NCBI GenBank assembly: GCA_014727915.1
Contig: WJMO01000007.1
Location: 1 to 64,000 of the forward strand
Origin: Candidatus Altiarchaeales archaeon
GTDB lineage: Archaea; Altiarchaeota; Altiarchaeia; IMC4; SCGC-AAA252-I15
Reading direction: 5' to 3'
DNA length: 64,000 nt
Below, one piece after another: positions 54,835-64,000 of this stretch; the stretch's first letter is position 1, and the number at the start of each line of letters is the position of its first letter. The translations under genes were made by a program, and so were the position numbers. The notes under the pieces were generated by a model. The model saw nothing but the letters and a program-made list of their open reading frames with translations, made no database searches and was not told where the DNA came from.

Positions 54835-56679
54835 CTATTTCTTTTTTTTATTTTCATCCGCGGCAGTCAAGAGCATGTGCGTTGGGGGGAGGATTATCAG
54901 GAATATCAGCAGGTCTGATGCCCTGACGTTGTGCCTCAGCCGCTCACGGTATCTGAAGTCTTCTGTGACAGGGCAGCTTTCGGCTATCCTAATGTTGTTC
55001 CAGCGGAGCACACGTTTGACTATGTAGGCTGCGTTCCCGCCGAGGGAGCAGATGTCATCGTATCTTTCACGGTAGTATCTGCCCATGTCCTCCGCCATCA
55101 TCCTGCATTTTGTCCTGTTACGGAAGTATATCTGGGTGTTTGTGCGGCCCCTGCCCTCGTACATGTAGCTTGGGTTGAATATGAGGCAGTAGTTCTGGTC
55201 TATGTGGTGTCCTGCGGCGTCGATGACCCGGAGCATCGTCGACCAGGAGGGAGGGCCTTCGATTATGAGGGAGTACTTGTCCGCCATTATCTCCTCTGCC
55301 AGGAGCTTTTCCATCGGCTTCAGCTCTCCGTCGCGGTCTGAGTAGCTTACGGTGAGGTTAAGGGAGTCGCGGACCAGAGGAGCCCATGTGGTGTCCTCGT
55401 GGACCGTGAATTCCTTTGAGTCGGGATTCACAACATATACCTGGGAGGGTTCGATCGGTGTGTTGAAGCGCTCGAAAACAGTCTCCCAGCCCTCGGGACC
55501 CTCCGTCAGCACCATCCCATCCTGGGCTGGGATGTAGTGGAAGCCGTACTCGATCATCTCGATCGCCTCTCTACGGGCCTCGTCGAATCCTGCCCGGGAA
55601 TGTTCTAGCAGGGGGCTTCCGAACATGGAGGGGAATACCAGTGTGGCAGTGAACAGGAACGTGAAAAGCCTGCGGTCCCTCTCCCATACTACAAGGTAGG
55701 TTACTGCGAGGAGGGGGTATGCGGGCATCATGTAGTGGGATCCTATCCGCGTGTCCCCCATTGAAAGAAGGAATATGATCGAGTATATCAGGAGTGAAAG
55801 CTGTGTGAAAGGGTAGATGAAAGTCTCCCTGTCGTAGTATTCCATGCCCATGGCGTATCCGACGGATGCTATCAGGGCTAGGAAGGCCAGGGTCTGGACT
55901 TTGACACCTTCGTCGTATAGGGATCTCAGCTTTGAAAGGTCGTATTCGACCTGGCCTCCATGGCCTGTGAGGGTGTATTGGACGAAGTTAGGGTAGAATA
56001 GTGTGAATGACGCGAGAAGCAGGGCTATGGCCGCTGCTGTGGCTGTGAGGTCCTTCAGGGGTCCTGTGTCCAAGAGTTCAGCCTGGAGCTTCCTGCCTAA
56101 GACTATCCTGAAGGAGCGGGTCAGAGCCCGGTAGGACAGGATCAGGGCTATGGGGAGTATGGCGGTGTATTTTGTGTAGACCGAGAGCGCGAATAGCAAG
56201 GAGGACTTCAGGGCCCTGTTATCTTTGGCGGATAGTAGGGTGTAGTATCCTGCTATGAGGAAGAAAGTGGAGAATGTGCTGACGAAGTTGCTTATGAACC
56301 TGTATACCATCAGCAAGTAGAGGAGGGGCGATATGACCGGGTGGTGGAGTCTGTGGCCTTTTAGTATCTGCTCTATCATCAGGTATCCTGCTATGTTCGC
56401 CGAGACCACGAGCACGTAGGTCACGGGCAGTAGCAGGCGTTCCCCGACAACGTACCGTAGTATGTAGCCGATGTAGTAGATGATGGGGGTTTGGGCGCAG
56501 TATGGTTGGCCCCCGTATAGTGTGCCTTCGCCAACGTAGTCGAGGCACATCCACCATCCGCCGCCGCCTATGTTGAAGCTGGAGGGTATGTTAGCGTGGG
56601 TGACGTATATGAAGCCGGCTAGGACCACCGCCTTGTAGAACAGTTCTAGATGCTTATTCCGGGTTTTCCGGGGTGGCAT
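54835..56679 (-). CDS. Polytopic membrane protein, GT-C-like candidate (paralog of 50689-52599)
   Basis: CLDYVGEGTLYGGQPYCAQTP motif; same architecture and conserved C-terminal Cys pattern. Confidence 0.65.
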   Translation of the reverse strand: MPPRKTRNKHLELFYKAVVLAGFIYVTHANIPSSFNIGGGGWWMCLDYVGEGTLYGGQPYCAQTPIIYYIGYILRYVVGERLLLPVTYVLVVSANIAGYLMIEQILKGHRLHHPVISPLLYLLMVYRFISNFVSTFSTFFLIAGYYTLLSAKDNRALKSSLLFALSVYTKYTAILPIALILSYRALTRSFRIVLGRKLQAELLDTGPLKDLTATAAAIALLLASFTLFYPNFVQYTLTGHGGQVEYDLSKLRSLYDEGVKVQTLAFLALIASVGYAMGMEYYDRETFIYPFTQLSLLIYSIIFLLSMGDTRIGSHYMMPAYPLLAVTYLVVWERDRRLFTFLFTATLVFPSMFGSPLLEHSRAGFDEARREAIEMIEYGFHYIPAQDGMVLTEGPEGWETVFERFNTPIEPSQVYVVNPDSKEFTVHEDTTWAPLVRDSLNLTVSYSDRDGELKPMEKLLAEEIMADKYSLIIEGPPSWSTMLRVIDAAGHHIDQNYCLIFNPSYMYEGRGRTNTQIYFRNRTKCRMMAEDMGRYYRERYDDICSLGGNAAYIVKRVLRWNNIRIAESCPVTEDFRYRERLRHNVRASDLLIFLIILPPTHMLLTAADENKKKK

Positions 56680-56724
56680 AGTGTAATATACCTTTTATTT
56701 AATTAAACACTATTTGGTTCTACC

Positions 56725-58752
56725 ATGGGTGGCGACAGGTATTTGGTCACTGCGGCTTTGCCCTATGCGAACGGGCCCATACACATAGGCCATGCCATAG
56801 GCTGCTATATCCCCGCGGACGTTTACACACGCTATCGCCGGCTTAGGGGAGATGACGTGGTCTATATCTGCGGGACCGACGAGCACGGGACTCCCATAAC
56901 AGTATCGGCTGAGAAGGAGGGTGTGAGCCCCCGTGAGATAGTGGACAAATATCATGGGATGCACTTGGAGGCTTTCAAGGCGGCGGGTGTGGAGTTCGAC
57001 AATTTCTCAGGCACTGCGAGAGAGATCCACTATGAGCTTTCGCAGGCGTTCTTCAGGAAGGTGGACGAGAACGGTTACATCCACCGTGAGACGGTGGAGC
57101 GGCCCTACTGTCCCAGCTGCGGTCGGTTCCTCCCGGACAGGTATGTTAAGGGCAGGTGCCCGGACTGCGGCAGCGAGGATGAGAGGGGAGACCAGTGCGA
57201 GGCCTGCGGGAAGCAGTTGGAGCCGCATGAGCTGGTGGACCCCTACTGTGACATCTGCCGTGAGACGCCGGAGATGAGGGAGACCGAACACTGGTTCTTC
57301 GAGCTGAGCGAATTGAGCGATAAGCTTGGTGAGTGGCTGAGGAGCGGTAAGCTGAGTTCCAGCCTCCCGAACAACGCGCGTAACTTCGCATTGGGTTGGA
57401 TCAAGGAGGGTTTGAAGGACCGTGCCATCACACGGGACATGACCTGGGGGATTCCCGTACCCGTTGAGGGTGCGGACGGGAAGGTGTTGTATGTCTGGTT
57501 CGACGCTCCCATAGGGTATATCAGCTCGACGAAGGAGTGGAGTGAAGGCAGGGGAGAGCCCGGCCTTTGGAAGGATTATTGGCTGGGGGAGAACGACTGT
57601 AAGGTCGTGCATTTCATAGGGAAGGACAACATCCCCTTTCACATCGTCATATGGCCTGCGATGCTCATGGCCGAGGGAAGCTATAACCTCCCGTGGCAGG
57701 TCGCGTCCAATGAGTTCCTGAACCTGGAGGGCAGGAAGATGAGCACCAGCAGGGGTTGGGTGATATGGTTGCATGACATACTCGAGGAGTTCGAGGCCGA
57801 CGCGGTGAGGTATTATCTGCTTTCTATCGCGCCGGAGACCAGCGACAGCGACTTCAAACTCGAAGAATTCCAGGACAAGGTGAACAAGGAATTGATAGGG
57901 ACCTTGGGGAACTTCATCAACCGGACTTTGACGTTCATAAAATCCAAAAAAGACGGTGTAGTGCCTAACATGGGGGTCTTGGAGGATCTGGACAAGGATT
58001 TCATGAACGACATCAAAGCCTGCAGCAAGGACGTTGGAGGAGAGTTGGAGCGCTTCAAGTTAAAACACGCCCAAGACACCCTGCTCCATTACGCTCAGAA
58101 GGGGAACGTATACTTCCAGAATCGGGAGCCGTGGAAGGGGGAGAACGACACCAGCTTGTACCTGTGCGCGAACCTGTGCCGTAGCCTGGCGATACTCATG
58201 CACCCTTTCCTCCCGTTCTCGGCGGAGAAGGTGTGGAAGATGCTCGGCTTGGAAGGTGGCGTGGCGGAGCAGACCTGGGATTCGGCCGGCGAGCTACGGT
58301 TGGAAGGAAGACACCGTATCGGCGAGGTAAGCGCCTTGTATTCGAAGATCGAGGATGATAGTATCGCAGAGTTCAAGAAGAGATACCTCCCCATCGGGGA
58401 GGGCAGAGGTAAGGAGGAGGTGAAGGAAATGGTTGACTACGAGGAATTCAACAAGGTGGACCTTAGGGTCGCGACCGTCAAGAAGATCGAAGACCACCCC
58501 AACGCGGACAAGCTGGTGCTGCTGACCATCGACGTCGGCAGTTTGGGTGAACGGCAGATTGTGGCAGGCATCAAGGAAGCCTACAAGTCAGAAGACCTGG
58601 TTGGCAGACAGATAATCGTCGTGGCGAACCTCAAGCCCGCGAAGATACGCGGCGTCGAGAGCAACGGCATGCTGTTGGCGGCAGACGAGGACGGGAACCC
58701 CATACTCCTGCAGCCGGACAGGAAGGTCAAGCCAGGCAGCAGGATACACTAA
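56725..58752 (+). CDS. metG: Methionine--tRNA ligase with C-terminal tRNA-binding domain
   Basis: PYANG.HIGH, Zn knuckles, YVWFDA, GKDN, KMSTS and a C-terminal OB fold. Confidence 0.97.
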   Translation: MGGDRYLVTAALPYANGPIHIGHAIGCYIPADVYTRYRRLRGDDVVYICGTDEHGTPITVSAEKEGVSPREIVDKYHGMHLEAFKAAGVEFDNFSGTAREIHYELSQAFFRKVDENGYIHRETVERPYCPSCGRFLPDRYVKGRCPDCGSEDERGDQCEACGKQLEPHELVDPYCDICRETPEMRETEHWFFELSELSDKLGEWLRSGKLSSSLPNNARNFALGWIKEGLKDRAITRDMTWGIPVPVEGADGKVLYVWFDAPIGYISSTKEWSEGRGEPGLWKDYWLGENDCKVVHFIGKDNIPFHIVIWPAMLMAEGSYNLPWQVASNEFLNLEGRKMSTSRGWVIWLHDILEEFEADAVRYYLLSIAPETSDSDFKLEEFQDKVNKELIGTLGNFINRTLTFIKSKKDGVVPNMGVLEDLDKDFMNDIKACSKDVGGELERFKLKHAQDTLLHYAQKGNVYFQNREPWKGENDTSLYLCANLCRSLAILMHPFLPFSAEKVWKMLGLEGGVAEQTWDSAGELRLEGRHRIGEVSALYSKIEDDSIAEFKKRYLPIGEGRGKEEVKEMVDYEEFNKVDLRVATVKKIEDHPNADKLVLLTIDVGSLGERQIVAGIKEAYKSEDLVGRQIIVVANLKPAKIRGVESNGMLLAADEDGNPILLQPDRKVKPGSRIH

Positions 58753-58864
58753 ACCCAGGTGAAACCCCGGGAACATGAGAAGAACCAGGCAGGGATATGC
58801 ATTGGGTGACTAATGTCATTAACCTGGGGAGGGAGTAAACCTGCTTTAATTTGCCCCTTCATTA

Positions 58865-59323
58865 TTGGTTACTGTGAAAGTCCATCATGTCACGATTAGC
58901 GCTTTCTCCAGCGTGGAAGAAGCCGACGCGCTCAAGGGGGTTATCTCAGGGATGCTCCCGGAGGGCGTGGAGGTTGAGGATAGGCGGATCGAGCCCGAAG
59001 AGGAGGGGGGAGTGTTCAACCACGAGCTAGTGGAGTTGAAGGCGGTAGTGAAGAAGCAGAAGCGGATAAGGGAGTTCGTATCCAAGGTTTTGGGTTCATT
59101 GGACGACTACGACGCCCGGAAGCTGAGGGAAGGCCCGGATGACTTCATCGACGACAGGTGCAACCTGTACATGCGACTGAGCAAAACCGAAGCAGAGGAT
59201 GGGAACTTCGTGTTCGAGTCCGGAGACTGCATACACGTCAGGTTGAAACTAGCAGCATACCCTGCCAAGAAGGAGAAGGCATTGCCAATAGCAAGGGAGT
59301 TGATCGAAGATGCACTACGTTAA
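58865..59323 (+). CDS. Archaeal RNA-binding protein (COG1325-like, exosome/RNase P neighbourhood)
   Basis: LYMRLSK...GD.IHVRLKLAAYPAKKE; located immediately upstream of Rpp30. Confidence 0.75.
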   Translation: MVTVKVHHVTISAFSSVEEADALKGVISGMLPEGVEVEDRRIEPEEEGGVFNHELVELKAVVKKQKRIREFVSKVLGSLDDYDARKLREGPDDFIDDRCNLYMRLSKTEAEDGNFVFESGDCIHVRLKLAAYPAKKEKALPIARELIEDALR

Positions 59324-60023
59324 CCTCTTCACCAGCCCAGACGCCGTTGAAACGAGCAAAAAACTCGGATGGGATATCGTATGCTCGGTCGCCGAATACA
59401 GCAGGGGACTAAAGAAGTCGGAGGCGGAAGTCCTGTCCGGGGCGCTGATATCGGACAGCATACGGAAGAACAGCAGGAAGGCTTTGGATTCGGGAGCAGA
59501 CATCATAATAGCAGAAGGCAGCGGGGAAAAAGGGGGCAGGGAGGCTAGCGAATGCTGGGAGGTCGACTTGATCGTGAATCTGGAGTCCGTCAGGGAACGC
59601 GACAGAGTGAACCAGAGGAGCTCCGGATTGGACCATGTGATGGCATCCTATATGGCGGAGCGAAACACGGGATACTGCATCAACCTGGAGAACATACTGA
59701 ACACACGGGGTGTTAGGAGGGCGCAGACCCTGGGGCGGATAGGGCAGAACATCAGATTATGCAGGAAATACGGTGTCAAGACGGTGTTCGGAACAGGCAG
59801 AAGTGACCGGTGGAGTGCAAGGAGCCCCCATGACCTGATCCTGTTCGCACGCCTGCTGGGCATGGGAGACGTAGAGGCTAAGAGGACGGTGACAGATAAC
59901 CCAATGCACTTCCTCAGGAAGAGCGAAGCCCGTAACGACCCGGACAGGATGATGAAGGGGTTGGAAGTGGTCCGGTGGGGCTCTGGCAAGCCCAAGCCTA
60001 ACAGGAAATACGGGTGGTACTAG
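59310..60023 (+). CDS. rnp3: Ribonuclease P protein component 3 (Rpp30)
   Basis: R..SGLDHVMA...N..LCRKYG...RSPHDL...GM pattern. Confidence 0.85.
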   Translation: MHYVNLFTSPDAVETSKKLGWDIVCSVAEYSRGLKKSEAEVLSGALISDSIRKNSRKALDSGADIIIAEGSGEKGGREASECWEVDLIVNLESVRERDRVNQRSSGLDHVMASYMAERNTGYCINLENILNTRGVRRAQTLGRIGQNIRLCRKYGVKTVFGTGRSDRWSARSPHDLILFARLLGMGDVEAKRTVTDNPMHFLRKSEARNDPDRMMKGLEVVRWGSGKPKPNRKYGWY

Positions 60024-60635
60024 TTGAACGATCCCTACCTCCTATTCCTAGGTTTCATAGTCGGCCTGAGCGGGGCCATGATACCCGGACCGCTGCTTGT
60101 GTACACAATCGCAGAATCGCTGAGGAAAGGGTGGAAGACAGGGTTCTACGTGATAGTAGGCCACGCCATCGTCGAAGTTGGGATAATGGCGTTTCTGATC
60201 ATGGGGGTGAGCGCGCTCATGACCTCCGAACTTTTCGTAAAGTCGGTTAGCTTAGTCGGCGGCGCCTTCATGGCATACACAGCAGTGACCCTCTTCAAGA
60301 GCAGCTGGGAGATAGGGGAGACGAAGGACGCTCTGAGATACGGGACAGTAGCGGGGGGAATGCTCTTCACCGCCTTGAACCCCAGCTTCCCGGTCTGGTG
60401 GGCTACCGCGGGAGCTAGGCTGCTGGTGGAAGGCTTCAAAAACGCAGGGTTGACAGGCGCGCTGATGGTATTCATCGGCCACTGGATGGCAGACTTCGGA
60501 TACTTCATGGTAGTGTCCTCCCTCGTCACAAGGGGAAGGGAAAAGCTCATCAGCAGATACGTGAACACCGTCAAGAACATCCTGGCAGCGCTTCTACTGG
60601 CCATAGGAGCCTATTTCATCACCACAGGCCTATAA
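60024..60635 (+). CDS. LysE family transporter
   Basis: LSGAMIPGP, GH..E, NP...WW motifs; multiple TMs. Confidence 0.9.
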   Translation: MNDPYLLFLGFIVGLSGAMIPGPLLVYTIAESLRKGWKTGFYVIVGHAIVEVGIMAFLIMGVSALMTSELFVKSVSLVGGAFMAYTAVTLFKSSWEIGETKDALRYGTVAGGMLFTALNPSFPVWWATAGARLLVEGFKNAGLTGALMVFIGHWMADFGYFMVVSSLVTRGREKLISRYVNTVKNILAALLLAIGAYFITTGL

Positions 60636-60662
60636 ATAAGATGAGGGGGAATAACTAAGACG

Positions 60663-61343
60663 ATGCATGCAAGGAAGTCCACGGGAATACCCGACGTTGA
60701 CGAGATGATAGAGGGCGGATTCAGGGAAGGCAGCATAAACATGGTCGACGGAGACGCGGGAACCGGGAAGTCCACGTTCGCGGTGCAGTTCATGATGGCC
60801 GGGCTGGCAGCGGGGGAGTCCGCCATATACATGAGCGTAGAAGAGAGCAAGGAGAGCTTCTACACGAACATGCTCAGGTTCGGGTTCAACCTGGAAGAGT
60901 ACGAGAAGGCGGGGACGCTGTTCTTCTACGAGGCCAACGCAGCCCAGCTGAAGGAGTTCCTGGACAAGGGAGGCATAGGCATAGAGGACAGGATAATGCA
61001 GATGAAACCGCAGAGGTTCGTCCTGGACAGCATCTCAGCGTTCGCATTGCTCTATGAGACCGGGATGAAGCAGCGGACTGCGGTACAGAGGTTCATAGAG
61101 AAGCTGAAGGCCTGGAACCTGACCACACTGCTCATATCCGAGGCGACACAGGACTACACCCGCTTCGGCCTCGAATTCCTCGTGGACGGCGTGGTGAAGC
61201 TATGGTACAGGAAGGTGGGCCATGAGAGGGTGCGGACTATAGAGATAATGAAGATGAGGGGCACAAAGCACAAGATCGCCGAGACCGTCTACCGGATCGA
61301 AGAGAACGGGATAGTACTATACCCGAGCGAGACCATATTCTAG
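60663..61343 (+). CDS. KaiC-like / RAD55 family single-domain ATPase
   Basis: STGIPDVDEM.GG, GDAGTGKS, SVEE, LDSIS and KMRGT motifs. Confidence 0.9.
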   Translation: MHARKSTGIPDVDEMIEGGFREGSINMVDGDAGTGKSTFAVQFMMAGLAAGESAIYMSVEESKESFYTNMLRFGFNLEEYEKAGTLFFYEANAAQLKEFLDKGGIGIEDRIMQMKPQRFVLDSISAFALLYETGMKQRTAVQRFIEKLKAWNLTTLLISEATQDYTRFGLEFLVDGVVKLWYRKVGHERVRTIEIMKMRGTKHKIAETVYRIEENGIVLYPSETIF

Positions 61344-61795
61344 AACTGGTAGATGAGGGCTGCCTCGTCGCAGTCGGGGTATTTTGGACAGTAGATGCAC
61401 TCACCCCATATCTTCATGGGAAGCTCGTCCTTGGGCACAAGCTCGAACCCGTTCCTGACGAAGAAGTCCTTCTCCAGGGTCAACGTGAAGACCCGGGGGA
61501 TGCCCATCTCCCGCGCCTCCTTCAACGCAGCCTCCAGCAGCGCCTTGCCCACGCCCTTCCCGATGCGATCCTCCCGGACGGCAAGGCTCTTCACCTCGGC
61601 GAGATCCCTCCAGGACACATGCAACGCGCAGCAGCCAAGCACCTCCCCATCCTCTCGGACGACAAAATAGTCCCTGATGTTCTCGTAGATGTAGCTGAGG
61701 CTCCTTAACAGCATCTTCCCGTTGGCGGCGTGATATTCGATAAGCGACCGTATGGCCTCCACATCATCCAATGAAGCCTTCACAACGTCCATCAT
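61340..61795 (-). CDS. argA: Short ArgA-type N-acetyltransferase (GNAT)
   Basis: MLLRS, LAEVKSLAV, GKGVG, VFTLT and LPMKIWGEC..C motifs. Confidence 0.8.
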   Translation of the reverse strand: MMDVVKASLDDVEAIRSLIEYHAANGKMLLRSLSYIYENIRDYFVVREDGEVLGCCALHVSWRDLAEVKSLAVREDRIGKGVGKALLEAALKEAREMGIPRVFTLTLEKDFFVRNGFELVPKDELPMKIWGECIYCPKYPDCDEAALIYQF

Positions 61796-61837
61796 CCCAA
61801 GATACTAATGCGGACAGGTTATTAAACCCGGCTCCCA

Positions 61838-64000
61838 CTATGCTGCCGAGCCTTCAGGGGACTCCTCCCCGTTGAACCGCACACCCACTATCTGGCTCAC
61901 GCCCTTCACCATCGAGACCCCGATAGCAGAGTCCATGTACTTTAGCATGTTGTTGTTGTGGGTGACCATGAAGAACTGGCTGTTGGATGCTGAGAGCATC
62001 TGAGCCAACCTTATGCTGTTACGATGGTCCAATGCGGCGTCCAGCTCGTCCACTATGTAGAAGAACGCCGGCTTGTACTGTTGTATCGCCAATAGGAACG
62101 CGCTGGATGTGAGGACCTTCTCGCCGCCGCTCATCGCATCCAATGACATCAGCCTCTTGCCCCCGGGTGACGCGTTTATCATTAGGCCGCTCTCGGATAT
62201 GTTCATGGGATTGTCCAACACCAGCGTCCCGCGGCCGTCGGAGAGGTCTGCGAATATGCGCTCGAAGTTCTCCTTCACCTTCTCGAACGCCTCCATGAAC
62301 GTGTTCCGCTTCTTGGTCTCGATCTTGTCCATGAAGTCGAATATGCTCTGGCGCTCGGACTTCAGCGTGTCCAATTTCCCCATGATGTCGTCGAACTCCC
62401 TCTTTATCACGTCGTAGGTTTCTATGGATCGCATGTTAACCGATCCGAAAGCCACTAGGTCCGCCTCGAGCTTCTCAGCCCTCTCGGAAAGTTCCTTGAC
62501 CGACTTGTCCAACAATTCAACACCCTCGTATTTCCCGAACTCCCTCTTAAGGTCCTCCAATCGGGTCTGGATCCTGGTCTTCTCTATTATGAACTCGTTC
62601 AGCTTCTGGCTGACCCCCTCCATCCCATGCTCGATTTCGCCTATCCTAGACGACAATGCCGTAAGCTCCTCCTCCGCGGAATCCCGCTCCTTTACAAGCT
62701 CCTCTATCTCGCCTCCCACGGACTGATGAGCCTTCTCAAGAGACTCCAAACCCTTGTGGAGGTCCTTGACCTTGGTCTCAAGCGAGCCCATCTCGGATTT
62801 CACCTCCTGCCTAGCGGACCTGACCTGATCCACCCTAGACTTCAGCTCGCCCATCTGCTGGAGTATGAAGGTCTTCTTCTCGTTCAACTTGGTCTTCTCC
62901 ACCTCCAAGTCCCTTAGATCGTCCTTCAACGAGTCGAGTTTGGTTGTCTCCCCCTTCCCCCTCTTCTCCAAAAGACCCGCCAACGCCTTCTCATCATGCA
63001 CTACAGACTTCTCCAGCTTCTTGACCTCCATAGAATTCTCGGATATCTGGCCCGACAGGGACTCTATGGAACCCACTATGCCATCCAACTTTTCCCTGAG
63101 GTTCCCCCTCCGCTCGGATAGTATGTTCTTGTCGAATGTTGTGTTGTCCAGTGCTTCCTTGCTCTGGCGAAGGTTCTCCCTCAGCTTCGCCAGAGTCTGG
63201 TCCAACCTGCTCCTAACCCTGGACTTCTCGTCGTATTCAGCCTGCAAGGAACCTATGCCAGAATCCAAAGCCCCGATCTCCTTCTCCAACTCCTCGATGT
63301 TGCTGAATGTGATCTCAAACCTTTCTGGAGTGTGGCCGCCCGTCATAGCGCCCGACAGCTCCAGGAGGTCGCCGTCCAAGGTGACCATCCTCCAGGAACC
63401 TACGCCTATCTTCTTGGCGGCTGCTATGTCCTTCACCAGTATCGTGTCGCCGAACACGTACTCGAACACCTTCTTGAACTTTGCTGATGACTTGATGTAA
63501 TCCCGTGCGAAACCGAGCGAACCCGCGGGAGGCTTGCCAGCCGGTTTGAAGCCTATCTTGTCTAACGGCAGGAACGTGCACCTCCCGATCTCCTTCTTCC
63601 TAAGGTAGTCTATGCACTTGGCTGCATCATCGACCTTTGAGACGACGACATGGTGCATCCGCGCCCCGGCCGCCACCTGAAGGGGCAGGTTGTACTCGGG
63701 ATTAGCCACCTCACCCAACTGCATTACCGGCCCCTGTATGCCGGGTATGACCTTCTTCAAGCCCACAACCGCCCTGGCAGCCTTCTGAAGACCTCCGGAG
63801 GCGCGCATGATAGTCTGCAATTCACTCTCCTTCTTGCCCAGTAGTATGCGCTGTTCCTCCAGCCTCGCCTGCAAACCCGTTATCTCCCGGTTGGCCCTGG
63901 AATACTCCTCCTCGAATCCTTTGAAGTCCTGCAAGGCCTTGTCATAGTCGCGTTTGAGCTTGGCCACGTCCTTTATCTTCCCCTGCTCCTCCATGGACCA
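61838..64000 (-). CDS. smc: Chromosome segregation protein SMC (C-terminal part; 5' end beyond the window)
   Basis: Hinge (GRCTFLPL, VTLDGD..GAMTGG), coiled coil, signature MSGGEK, Walker B VDELDAALD. Confidence 0.96.
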   Translation of the reverse strand, partial: WSMEEQGKIKDVAKLKRDYDKALQDFKGFEEEYSRANREITGLQARLEEQRILLGKKESELQTIMRASGGLQKAARAVVGLKKVIPGIQGPVMQLGEVANPEYNLPLQVAAGARMHHVVVSKVDDAAKCIDYLRKKEIGRCTFLPLDKIGFKPAGKPPAGSLGFARDYIKSSAKFKKVFEYVFGDTILVKDIAAAKKIGVGSWRMVTLDGDLLELSGAMTGGHTPERFEITFSNIEELEKEIGALDSGIGSLQAEYDEKSRVRSRLDQTLAKLRENLRQSKEALDNTTFDKNILSERRGNLREKLDGIVGSIESLSGQISENSMEVKKLEKSVVHDEKALAGLLEKRGKGETTKLDSLKDDLRDLEVEKTKLNEKKTFILQQMGELKSRVDQVRSARQEVKSEMGSLETKVKDLHKGLESLEKAHQSVGGEIEELVKERDSAEEELTALSSRIGEIEHGMEGVSQKLNEFIIEKTRIQTRLEDLKREFGKYEGVELLDKSVKELSERAEKLEADLVAFGSVNMRSIETYDVIKREFDDIMGKLDTLKSERQSIFDFMDKIETKKRNTFMEAFEKVKENFERIFADLSDGRGTLVLDNPMNISESGLMINASPGGKRLMSLDAMSGGEKVLTSSAFLLAIQQYKPAFFYIVDELDAALDHRNSIRLAQMLSASNSQFFMVTHNNNMLKYMDSAIGVSMVKGVSQIVGVRFNGEESPEGSAA

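Noticed and set aside
60663-61343. Circadian clock KaiC
   Set aside because: Single-domain KaiC-like ATPase, common in archaea, with no kaiA/kaiB nearby.

Overview
Archaeal chromosomal segment. Evidence: BHB-intron tRNAs, Sm-like/L37e, RNase P Rpp21/Rpp30, archaeal MetRS, SMC and a geranylgeranyl-reductase-family gene. The gene repertoire suggests a DPANN-type, possibly Altiarchaeota-like, genome, but this is inference only. The GC-rich backbone carries four tRNAs (Met-CAT and Tyr-GTA with introns, Asp-GTC, Val-GAC), glycogen/trehalose genes, a polyamine operon, a G3PDH-like operon, a type IV pilus-like locus and housekeeping genes. The main accessory feature is an AT-rich ~7 kb island integrated at the 3' end of tRNA-Asp. 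It holds a tyrosine integrase and a Vsr / HgiDII-like C5 methyltransferase / GHKL(MORC-like) ATPase operon whose ATPase ends in a TIR domain with an intact catalytic Glu, rather than the expected nuclease. This is the best candidate here for an undescribed methylation-gated defence system. Other highlights: a tightly coupled speD / speD-paralog / speE / SET-domain operon (possible N-methylated polyamine pathway) with a structured uORF-bearing leader; an archaeal GAF-GGDEF protein with altered base-specificity residues (Hypr-like Asp->Ser); and miniature 86-89 bp att-bounded scars at two tRNA loci. All family calls come from reading motifs by eye, with no database searches.
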